A stretch of DNA of 64,000 bases from Verrucomicrobia subdivision 3 bacterium UBA3939 (lineage in GTDB: Bacteria; Verrucomicrobiota; Verrucomicrobiia; Limisphaerales; UBA3939), in assembly GCA_002385705.1 (NCBI GenBank), contig DGDZ01000074.1:77677-141676 (forward strand), read 5' to 3'. How positions within the stretch are numbered: the first letter of the stretch is position 1; every line of letters begins with the position of its first letter. A program made the position numbers and the translations under genes. This document shows, piece after piece, positions 57,458 through 64,000 of this stretch. The notes beneath the pieces are model-generated. The model worked only from the letters and a program-made list of their open reading frames with translations, did no database searches and was not told the origin of the DNA.

Positions 57458-58579
57458 CTACTGAACCCGGCTCAGGATTTCGCGCACGGCCCGGACCAGG
57501 GCGCGCGCTTCGGCTGGAGTGCCGATGGTGATCCGCAGATACTGCCTGACTTCGGGCTGATCAAACCAACGGACGAGAATCTTGCGCTCGCGCAATTTCC
57601 GCAGCCACTCGCTCGCGGGAGGACCCGGCGGCTGCGCCAGGAGGAAGTTCGTGCTGCTGGGGAACATGCGAAAACCCAGCCGGGTGAGATCGCGCGCCAG
57701 TTGTTCCCGCGTGGCAATGATCCGCGCGAAGTTCGCCCTGTAGTAGGCCAGATCGTCGAGGGTCGCTTCGGCCGCGATCTGTCCGAGGCCGTTCACGTTG
57801 TAACTGTCGCGGATCTTGTGCAGCGCCGCGATGAGTTCCGGATGCCCCACGCAATAGCCGACGCGCTGGAAGCAGAGCGAGTAAGCCTTCGAAAACGTGC
57901 GCGCGACCAGCACGTGATCGTGCTTCAGCGCCAGCCGCAGGGCGTTCTCGTTCGCGAAGTCGGCGTAAGCCTCGTCGAGCACCACCACGCCGCGTTGCGC
58001 GCGGCAGAGGCGGTCGAGTTCCTGTGTGGTGTAACCGCGTCCGCTCGGCGCGTTGGGCGTGGTAACGAACGTGAGCGCGGCGTTGAAGTTCCATATCCGC
58101 CGCCGCTTGAGCTCCGGCAATGCCGGCAGAGTGAAATCGGGGCGCAGGGAGACGGGGTTTCGCATCGCGCCATGAATGTCGGCCAGCACCGGATACAGCG
58201 AGTAACTGGGAGTGAAGTACTGGACCGTCGAGCGTGCGCGAGCGGCGCCGCGCGAACGACGGCCCCTGGGCGCCGGTTCAACAAACGCCCTGACCGCGAG
58301 CGCGAGCACTTCGTCGGAGCCGTTGCCGACGAGGATGTTTTCGGGTTTGCAGCGATGCAGCTTTGCGAGTTTGGCGCGCAACCGGTCCGCGGCGGGATTG
58401 GGGTAGAGCCGCAATCGCCCGTCGGTGGCCGCTTTGACGGCGGCCAGCACTTTGGGAGAAGGCGGGAACGGGTTCTCGTTCGTGTTGAGCTTGATCAGCC
58501 CCTGAATCTTCGGCTGTTCGCCGGGAACATAGGCGTGCAGCTTCCGCACGAGCGGACGAATGAGAGATTGCGGCGTCAT
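57458..58579 (-). CDS. hisC: histidinol-phosphate aminotransferase
   Basis: KLNTNENPFPPSP, YPNPAA and TFSKAYSL (PLP Lys) motifs. Start at ATG 58579; the tracked ORF continues upstream into hisD. Confidence 0.9.
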   Translation of the reverse strand: MTPQSLIRPLVRKLHAYVPGEQPKIQGLIKLNTNENPFPPSPKVLAAVKAATDGRLRLYPNPAADRLRAKLAKLHRCKPENILVGNGSDEVLALAVRAFVEPAPRGRRSRGAARARSTVQYFTPSYSLYPVLADIHGAMRNPVSLRPDFTLPALPELKRRRIWNFNAALTFVTTPNAPSGRGYTTQELDRLCRAQRGVVVLDEAYADFANENALRLALKHDHVLVARTFSKAYSLCFQRVGYCVGHPELIAALHKIRDSYNVNGLGQIAAEATLDDLAYYRANFARIIATREQLARDLTRLGFRMFPSSTNFLLAQPPGPPASEWLRKLRERKILVRWFDQPEVRQYLRITIGTPAEARALVRAVREILSRVQ

Positions 58580-58587
58580 GCGACGGA

Positions 58588-59883
58588 TCAACGTTGCAGG
58601 CGTATGGCGGCCGATTCGCCGTGGGCACCAAGGCCTTCGAGTTCGGCAAAGCGCGCGACACCCTTGAGCGCTTTCTTCAGAGCGGCGCGGTTGTATTCGA
58701 CGATGCTGGTGCGGCGCTGGAATTGATCGACCGAAAGCCCGGGGAAGGATTTGCCCGCGCCGCCGGTGGGCAGCGTATGGCTCGGTCCGGCAACGTAGTC
58801 GCCCAGCACGGTCGGTGACCAGGGCCCCAGGAAGATCGCGCCTGCCGTCACAATGCCTTCCGACACCTTGCGCGCGTTGCGCGTCATGATCTCGCAATGT
58901 TCCGGCGCGAGATCGTTCGCGATTGCCACCGCCTGCTGGATGTCCTTCACCTGGACGAGCCACGTGTTCTCTTCGAGGACCCGCTGGATTAAATCGCGCC
59001 GCGACAGCTTAGGCAGTTGGCGGGCGATTTCCTTTTCCACCGCCTTGAGCATGCGCGCCGAGGTCGTGACGAGCCAGACGCGTTCGTGCCCGGAACCGTG
59101 CTCCGCCTGGGCCAGAAGGTCCGCCGCCGCGAAACGCGGATTGGCGGTGTCGTCGGCGATGACGAGCACTTCGCTGGGGCCGGGCAGGAGGTCGATGGCG
59201 ACGTGTCCGAAGAGCAGGCGCTTGGCGGCAACGACGTAATCATTGCCGGGACCAAAGATCTTTTGAACGGGGCGAATGGTGGAAGTGCCGAGCGCCATGG
59301 CGGCGATCGCCTGGGCTCCGCCGACGCGGTAAATTTCCGTCGCGCCGGCGGCGCGCGCGGCAAAGAGGAGCGCGGCGTTGATGCTGCCGTCGGGGCCGCA
59401 CGGTGTGCACACGACAATCTCCCGGCAACCGGCCACACGGGCCAGGGTGGCGGTCATCAGGGCTGTTGAAGCCAGCGGCGCTTTGCCGCCCGGGATATAA
59501 ACGCCGACGCGCTGGAAGGGATCGAAACGTTCGCCGGTTCGCGCGCCGTGCGAATTGCGGCTTTCCCAGTCCCGGCGCAGGGATTTCCTGGCAAACGCGG
59601 CGATGTTCCGGTCCGCCTCGGCCACGGCGGCGCGGAGCGATGGGTCGGCCCGAAGCGACGCGGTCATGAGCTCGGCGCGGGTGACCGCGAGCCGGTCGGC
59701 GGTCAGTTTCGCGCGATCGAAGCGTTCAGTGAACTCGAGCAACGCTTCGTCGCCGCGGTCGCGGACAGCGTTGATGATCTCGCGCGTTCGCTGTTCGATT
59801 TCGGGATCGAACAGGCTGGACGCCGCGGCCATGGCGCGCAACTGCCGGGAGAAATCCGCGTCCGTGTGGCGAATAACTTTCAT
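58588..59883 (-). CDS. hisD: histidinol dehydrogenase
   Basis: GGKAPLAST, GPGNDYV, QAEHG and HTLPTGG motifs; 431 aa. Confidence 0.95.
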   Translation of the reverse strand: MKVIRHTDADFSRQLRAMAAASSLFDPEIEQRTREIINAVRDRGDEALLEFTERFDRAKLTADRLAVTRAELMTASLRADPSLRAAVAEADRNIAAFARKSLRRDWESRNSHGARTGERFDPFQRVGVYIPGGKAPLASTALMTATLARVAGCREIVVCTPCGPDGSINAALLFAARAAGATEIYRVGGAQAIAAMALGTSTIRPVQKIFGPGNDYVVAAKRLLFGHVAIDLLPGPSEVLVIADDTANPRFAAADLLAQAEHGSGHERVWLVTTSARMLKAVEKEIARQLPKLSRRDLIQRVLEENTWLVQVKDIQQAVAIANDLAPEHCEIMTRNARKVSEGIVTAGAIFLGPWSPTVLGDYVAGPSHTLPTGGAGKSFPGLSVDQFQRRTSIVEYNRAALKKALKGVARFAELEGLGAHGESAAIRLQR

Positions 59884-59889
59884 GCGCGC

Positions 59890-59918
59890 AGGCTAGAGGA
59901 GGGGGGAGGCAAAGTCAA
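59890..59918 (-). promoter_or_regulatory. candidate promoter for hisD (TTGACT, 17 nt, TAGCCT); would give a leaderless or near-leaderless mRNA
   Basis: Minus-strand read TTGACT (59918-59913), 17-nt spacer, TAGCCT (59895-59890), then 6 nt to the ATG at 59883. Confidence 0.3.
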
Positions 59919-59950
59919 AACCGGGCCCTGTTTCGAGGCGCAGGCGCATC

Positions 59951-59980
59951 CGGAGCGCGGCTCTGCGAGCCGCAGCAGCG
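59951..59980. repeat. GC-rich dispersed repeat, family B, short form
   Basis: CGGAGCGCGGCTCTGCGAGCCGCAGCAGCG shares GGAGCGCGGCT, CTGCGAGCC and AGCCGCAGCA blocks with 63391-63446. Confidence 0.55.
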
Positions 59981-60082
59981 GTCGAACGCGCAATCGGCTC
60001 AGATTTACCCGTGATTCTGGAACGCTTGAACGTTGCTGCGGGTCATAGACGTCATAGGCCCGCGGCGGAGCGCCCGGGTTCG

Positions 60083-60111
60083 TTGACACTGCGGAAGCGC
60101 ACTGTTACTTT
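60083..60111 (+). promoter_or_regulatory. candidate promoter for ileS (TTGACA, 17 nt, TACTTT)
   Basis: TTGACA at 60083-60088 and TACTTT at 60106-60111; the ATG at 60126 implies a very short leader. Confidence 0.35.
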
Positions 60112-60125
60112 GCGCCTCCTTTGTG

Positions 60126-62948
60126 ATGGACTACAAAGAGACATTGAACCTGCCCCGCACGGACTTCCCGATGAAAGCGGATCTCGTGGCCCGGGAACCG
60201 GAACGCCTGAAGCAATGGCAGGCGTCGAGGTTGTACGAGCGGATCCAGGAGCGCAGGGCGGGCGCGCCGAAGTTCGTGCTTCACGACGGCCCGCCGTTTG
60301 CCAACGGCGACGTGCACATCGGCACGGCGCTGAACAAGATTCTCAAGGATTTCATCATCAAGTACAAAGCGCTGCGCGGGTTCTATGCGCCCTACGTGCC
60401 GGGGTGGGATTGCCACGGGTTGCCGATCGAGTTCAAGGTGTCGCAGGAGATGCGCAAGGCCGGCGACGCGAGCGCCGACGCGGCGACGATCCGGAAGGCA
60501 TGCGACGCGTATGCGCGGAAGTACATCAACATCCAGCGCGAACAGTTCAAGCGCCTGGGCGTGCTGGGCGACTGGGAGAACCCGTATCTCACGCTGAACA
60601 AGGAGTACGAGGCGGAGGAACTGCGGTTGCTCGCCAATATCGTCGAGCAGGGATTTGTGTATCGCGGCAAGAAGCCGGTGTATTGGAGCATTCCCTGCCG
60701 GACCGCGCTGGCGGAGGCGGAAGTCGAATACAGGGATCACATCAGCCAGAGCATTTTCGTGAAGTTCCCGGTCGTTGGTCAACCCGACCGGAATGTGGTG
60801 ATCTGGACCACGACGCCCTGGACGTTGCCGGCCAACCTGGCGGTGGCCTACAACGAAACGTTCCAATACGTCGAGGTTCGCGTCGGCGCGGAGAGCTACA
60901 TCGTCTTCCGCGGACTGCTTCCGGCTGTGGCGGAGAAGTGCGGGTGGAAGGCGTATGAAGAGAAACCGGTCGCGGCGGAGGAGTTGTCGAAACTGGAGTT
61001 CCGGCATCCGTTCTGCAATCGGACGGGGAAGTTGTATCCGGCGGAGTTTGTGACGAGCGACACGGGCACGGGTTTTGTGCACATCGCTCCGGGGCATGGT
61101 CTGGAGGACTACCAGCTGGGAGTGAGCAAAGGTCTGCCGATTTATTCGCCGGTGGACGACGACGGCCGCTTCACTCGCACGTCGGATCTGCCGGTCGAAC
61201 AGCAGATGCCGGCTGCGTTGATCGGCAAGGCGATCCTCGAGAAGCATGGGAAAAGCGAAGCGAACGAGGCGGTGCTGGCGGAGTTGCGCGCACGGAACGC
61301 GCTGCTTCATCAGGAGGACTACAGCCACAGCTATCCGCATTGCTGGCGCAGCAAGACGCCGGTGATCTTCCGCGCCATGGACCAGTGGTTCATCCGGATC
61401 GATCATGCGCGGGCAACCGGCGGCGTGACGTTCCGCCGGGAAGCCCTCGACGAGATCGGGCGCGTGACCTGGATCCCGGACTGGGGCGTGAACCGGATCT
61501 GCGGCGCGGTGGAGTCGCGACCGGACTGGTGCATTTCGCGCCAGCGCACCTGGGGCGTGCCGATCCCCGCGTTCTACGACGCGCAAGGGAACGCGTTGCT
61601 CGACGCGCAGATCGTGCGCAACACGGCCGACCTGGTGGAACAGCACGGGTCGAACGTGTGGTTCGAGAAGAGCACGGAGGAATTGTGGTCGCTGTTGAAG
61701 CCGAAGAACTGGACCGGGCCCGAGGCGGCCTCGAAATCCGCCGACACACTCGATGTCTGGATTGATTCGGGTTCGTCGTCCCGGGCGGTGATTGCGCAGC
61801 GCCCGGAATTGCGCGGGACGGGGAAACCGTTTCAGTGTGACATGTATCTCGAGGGCAGCGACCAGCACCGCGGCTGGTTCCAGTCGTCGTTGCTGCTGTC
61901 ACTGGCGGGCAACGGCGCCGCGCCGTTCCGCACGGTGCTCACGCACGGGTTCATGGTCGATGCGGACCGCGAGAAGATCTCGAAGAGCAGGCAGGGCCAG
62001 GGCGGATACGAGAAGCCGCAGACGGCCGAGGCGTACGTGAAGAAGTGGGGCGCCGACGTCGTGCGCCTGTGGGTGTCGTCGCAGGACTTTCGCAACGACA
62101 TCGTCGTCAGCGAAGAGCGCATCGCCAAGGTATCGGAAACCTACCGTGGCATCCGCAACGCCCTGCGGTATCAGTTGTCGAACCTTTACGACTTTGATCC
62201 GGCAAAGCACGCGGTGGCGGAATCGGCGCTGACGGGATTGGACCGGTGGATCCTGAGCGAGTTTGCGAAGCTCGAGCGGGCGGTGATGGACGCTTACGAC
62301 CGGTACGAGTTCCACGTGGTCTATCAGCGGGTGAGCCAGTTCGTGGCGGTGGAACTGTCGGCGGTGTATCACGATGTCATCAAGGATCGGTTATATACGG
62401 ACCCGGCCGGATCGGCGCGGCGGCGTTCGACGCAGACGGCGTTGCATCGGCTCGTTCACGGGCTGTGCCGGATGTTGGCGCCGATCCTTGCGTTCACGGC
62501 GGACGAGGCATGGGAATGCATTCCCGGCGTCGGGACCGGCAGCGTTCACGAAACGGACTGGGAACCGCTGGCGTTTTCCATGACCGAGGCGGAGAGCGCG
62601 TTATGGCAGGACCTGTTTGCGCTTCGCGAGTTGGCCTTGCCGGAACTCGAGAAGGCGCGGCAGGCGAAGTTGATCGGAAAAGCGCTCGAGGCCCGATTGC
62701 GGATCACGGGTCCGGCTGAGCGGCTGGCCGCAGCGGCAGAACAAACCGAAGCGCTGCGGGAACTGTTGAATGTGTCTCAACTGAGCGTGACGCCGGGCGG
62801 TTCGGACGCGGTGGTGGTGACGGTGGAAAAGGCCGAGGGCACGCGATGCGGACGTTGCTGGCATTGGGAACCGGACGTGGGCCGGCATGCGGAGCACCCG
62901 ACGATCTGCGGGCGCTGCGTCGAGGCCGTGAGAACCTTTACTTCCTGA
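60126..62948 (+). CDS. ileS: isoleucine--tRNA ligase
   Basis: [12 protein letters not shown] (HIGH), KISKS (KMSKS), CP1 editing domain, C-terminal Zn ribbon CGRCWHW...CGRCV; 941 aa. Confidence 0.95.
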   Translation: MDYKETLNLPRTDFPMKADLVAREPERLKQWQASRLYERIQERRAGAPKFVLHDGPPFANGDVHIGTALNKILKDFIIKYKALRGFYAPYVPGWDCHGLPIEFKVSQEMRKAGDASADAATIRKACDAYARKYINIQREQFKRLGVLGDWENPYLTLNKEYEAEELRLLANIVEQGFVYRGKKPVYWSIPCRTALAEAEVEYRDHISQSIFVKFPVVGQPDRNVVIWTTTPWTLPANLAVAYNETFQYVEVRVGAESYIVFRGLLPAVAEKCGWKAYEEKPVAAEELSKLEFRHPFCNRTGKLYPAEFVTSDTGTGFVHIAPGHGLEDYQLGVSKGLPIYSPVDDDGRFTRTSDLPVEQQMPAALIGKAILEKHGKSEANEAVLAELRARNALLHQEDYSHSYPHCWRSKTPVIFRAMDQWFIRIDHARATGGVTFRREALDEIGRVTWIPDWGVNRICGAVESRPDWCISRQRTWGVPIPAFYDAQGNALLDAQIVRNTADLVEQHGSNVWFEKSTEELWSLLKPKNWTGPEAASKSADTLDVWIDSGSSSRAVIAQRPELRGTGKPFQCDMYLEGSDQHRGWFQSSLLLSLAGNGAAPFRTVLTHGFMVDADREKISKSRQGQGGYEKPQTAEAYVKKWGADVVRLWVSSQDFRNDIVVSEERIAKVSETYRGIRNALRYQLSNLYDFDPAKHAVAESALTGLDRWILSEFAKLERAVMDAYDRYEFHVVYQRVSQFVAVELSAVYHDVIKDRLYTDPAGSARRRSTQTALHRLVHGLCRMLAPILAFTADEAWECIPGVGTGSVHETDWEPLAFSMTEAESALWQDLFALRELALPELEKARQAKLIGKALEARLRITGPAERLAAAAEQTEALRELLNVSQLSVTPGGSDAVVVTVEKAEGTRCGRCWHWEPDVGRHAEHPTICGRCVEAVRTFTS

Positions 62949-63314
62949 TTGGACTGGAATCGCATTCACGCACTGGCGCTGGAGCAGGTGGAATCGACGC
63001 TGGCCCGTTTGCCGCGGGAGTTGCGCGAGCGGGCGATTCAGTTGCCTATTGTGTTCGAGCGTGTTCCAAGCCCGGAGCTTCAGGCCGAGGGCATCGAGCC
63101 CGATACGCTGGGTTTGTTCACGGGACCGGAGTTCGCCGATGAACCCGCCGGCCCGCTGCCGCCGCAGATCATTCTTTTCCTCGAAAACCTCTGGGACTTC
63201 GCCGAGCAGGATGAAGAGATCTTCCGCGAGGAGGTCGAGACGACGCTCCTGCACGAGCTGGGGCACTATCTCGGACTGGATGAAGAAGGGTTGGCGGGAC
63301 GGGGTCTGGACTGA
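62949..63314 (+). CDS. metallopeptidase-family protein (zincin-like, DUF1025-type)
   Basis: TLLHELGHYLGLDEEGL (HExxH) near the C-terminus; 121 aa. TTG start immediately after the ileS stop, so the start is uncertain. Confidence 0.7.
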   Translation: MDWNRIHALALEQVESTLARLPRELRERAIQLPIVFERVPSPELQAEGIEPDTLGLFTGPEFADEPAGPLPPQIILFLENLWDFAEQDEEIFREEVETTLLHELGHYLGLDEEGLAGRGLD

Positions 63315-63341
63315 GGCGGGAGATACATCCAACGCCCCGGG

Positions 63342-63359
63342 GATTTACGATTGACGCGG
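63342..63359. repeat. GATTTAC-GATTGAC-GCGG heptamer module
   Basis: Identical to the reverse complement of the inner end of the 40374-40401 array; 28 nt after the stop at 63314. Confidence 0.6.
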
Positions 63360-63390
63360 GCTTTACGCGACGCGGCCCGGGCGCCTGATT

Positions 63391-63446
63391 CTGCGAGCCG
63401 GGGCGGAGCGCGGCTGTGTCCCGCCGTTCGGGACCAGCCGCAGCAC
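63391..63446. repeat. family B repeat, long form (with GTCCCGCCGTTCGGGAC hairpin insert)
   Basis: CTGCGAGCCGGGGCGGAGCGCGGCTGTGTCCCGCCGTTCGGGACCAGCCGCAGCACA. Confidence 0.55.
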
Positions 63447-63487
63447 ATGGACGAAGCGTGTGGCTCCCAGGGTTCTGCAAGCGCCCG

Positions 63488-63519
63488 GACGGAACGAAGA
63501 ATCCCAACGGCGTTCCGTC
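63488..63519. repeat. 9-bp-stem hairpin GACGGAACG...CGTTCCGTC whose loop carries AGAATCCCAACGG
   Basis: The 13-mer AGAATCCCAACGG (63498-63510) recurs at 57418-57430, and TCCCAACGG recurs at 49620-49628. Confidence 0.55.
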
Positions 63520-63567
63520 TCAAAGCCCCAGGTTGTGAGCAAGGCGAGCTATCTTCAATCAGGCCGC

Positions 63568-63962
63568 TCAATCAGTCACCCGGTGGAAGCGATAGCGGAA
63601 CTGGAGCGCGTTCGTGTCGGTAAGATGAAATCGCCGCTGAGATCGCCGGTGGCAGAACCGATGTTCGTCCAGTGAATGAAGTTGGTGGTTGCCTGGATCG
63701 TGTGAACCGCCTCGGGTCCGCCGGAGCGGGTGAGTCGAAAGGTTGGCGACCGAGACCGAGCCCGTTGGGATCAGGACGGTATAGGTGCCGTTGTTGGTGG
63801 TGGTGGCCGTGTCCAAGGCGCCCGGGACCGCATTGGGAGTCCAGTTGGCGGCAACAAACCAGTTTCCGCCGAGTGTATTGGTCCATCGAAGGACCGCGCC
63901 TGAGCCGGGTGAAATGAAAGGGCGAGAACCGCGAGTGCAAAGCAGCCGCCGATGCGTTTCAT
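63568..63962 (-). pseudogene. frameshifted remnant of a secreted autotransporter-like / beta-strand-repeat protein
   Basis: Signal peptide MKRIGGCFALAVLALSFHPAQA in one frame. WTNTLGGNWFVAANWTPNAVPGALDTATTTNNGTYTVLIPTGSVSVANL in a second. TFRLTRSGGPEAVHTIQATTNFIHWTNIGSATGDLSGDF in a third. The second frame returns for ...LQFRYRFHRVTD*. At least 3 frame changes in ~390 nt. Confidence 0.35.
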
Positions 63963-64000
63963 ACGAGGAAGGGCGGGAGTATAGTCGCCGGGGCCGTTTG

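Noticed and set aside
59884-60125. T-box or other leader RNA upstream of ileS
   Set aside because: The region is too short once the promoter-like motifs are placed. No specifier or T-box sequence is visible, and the space is occupied by a dispersed repeat.
60105-61868. 587-aa minus-strand ORF
   Set aside because: Antisense shadow of ileS.

Overview
GC-rich bacterial chromosomal window with core-genome character: about 60 protein genes, no rRNA or tRNA, no CRISPR array, no integrase or transposase. Recognisable genes include coaD, rpmF-plsX-fabH, pilT, waaA, uvrB, rsmB, trpC, prfB (programmed +1 frameshift site visible), a TetR-regulated RND efflux operon, an NSS transporter followed by an untracked MetS-like micro-ORF, a Tol-Pal cluster with two Pal paralogs followed by tatA-tatA-tatC, ispE, EamA and MATE exporters, hisD-hisC and ileS. 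Family content (exosortase/PEP-CTERM-associated families, a prepilin-like fragment, an autotransporter-like remnant, very long antisense shadow ORFs) suggests a PVC/Verrucomicrobiota-like organism; that is inference only. Four things deserve a second look. (i) A 12.4-kb, nine-gene same-strand block joins an ABC-2-like permease, three SPFH/band-7 paralogs, a P1B metal ATPase and a second ABC module with a DUF2628-fused permease and an unrecognised 511-aa anchored protein. (ii) A promoter, a 31-codon uORF and mutually exclusive antiterminator/terminator hairpins precede the EamA-MATE-VWA genes. (iii) Several intergenic repeat families occur: a 38-bp perfect-stem palindrome (3 copies), a GC-rich module with and without an inserted hairpin, heptamer arrays at gene ends, and a ~310-bp composite palindrome between convergent genes. 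(iv) Two domain fusions stand out: an RluA-type pseudouridine synthase fused to an RlmI/RlmK-type methyltransferase, and a 636-aa protein ending in a complete Gre-factor module. I found no clear defence or mobile system. Nothing here can be called novel without database searches, which I could not run.
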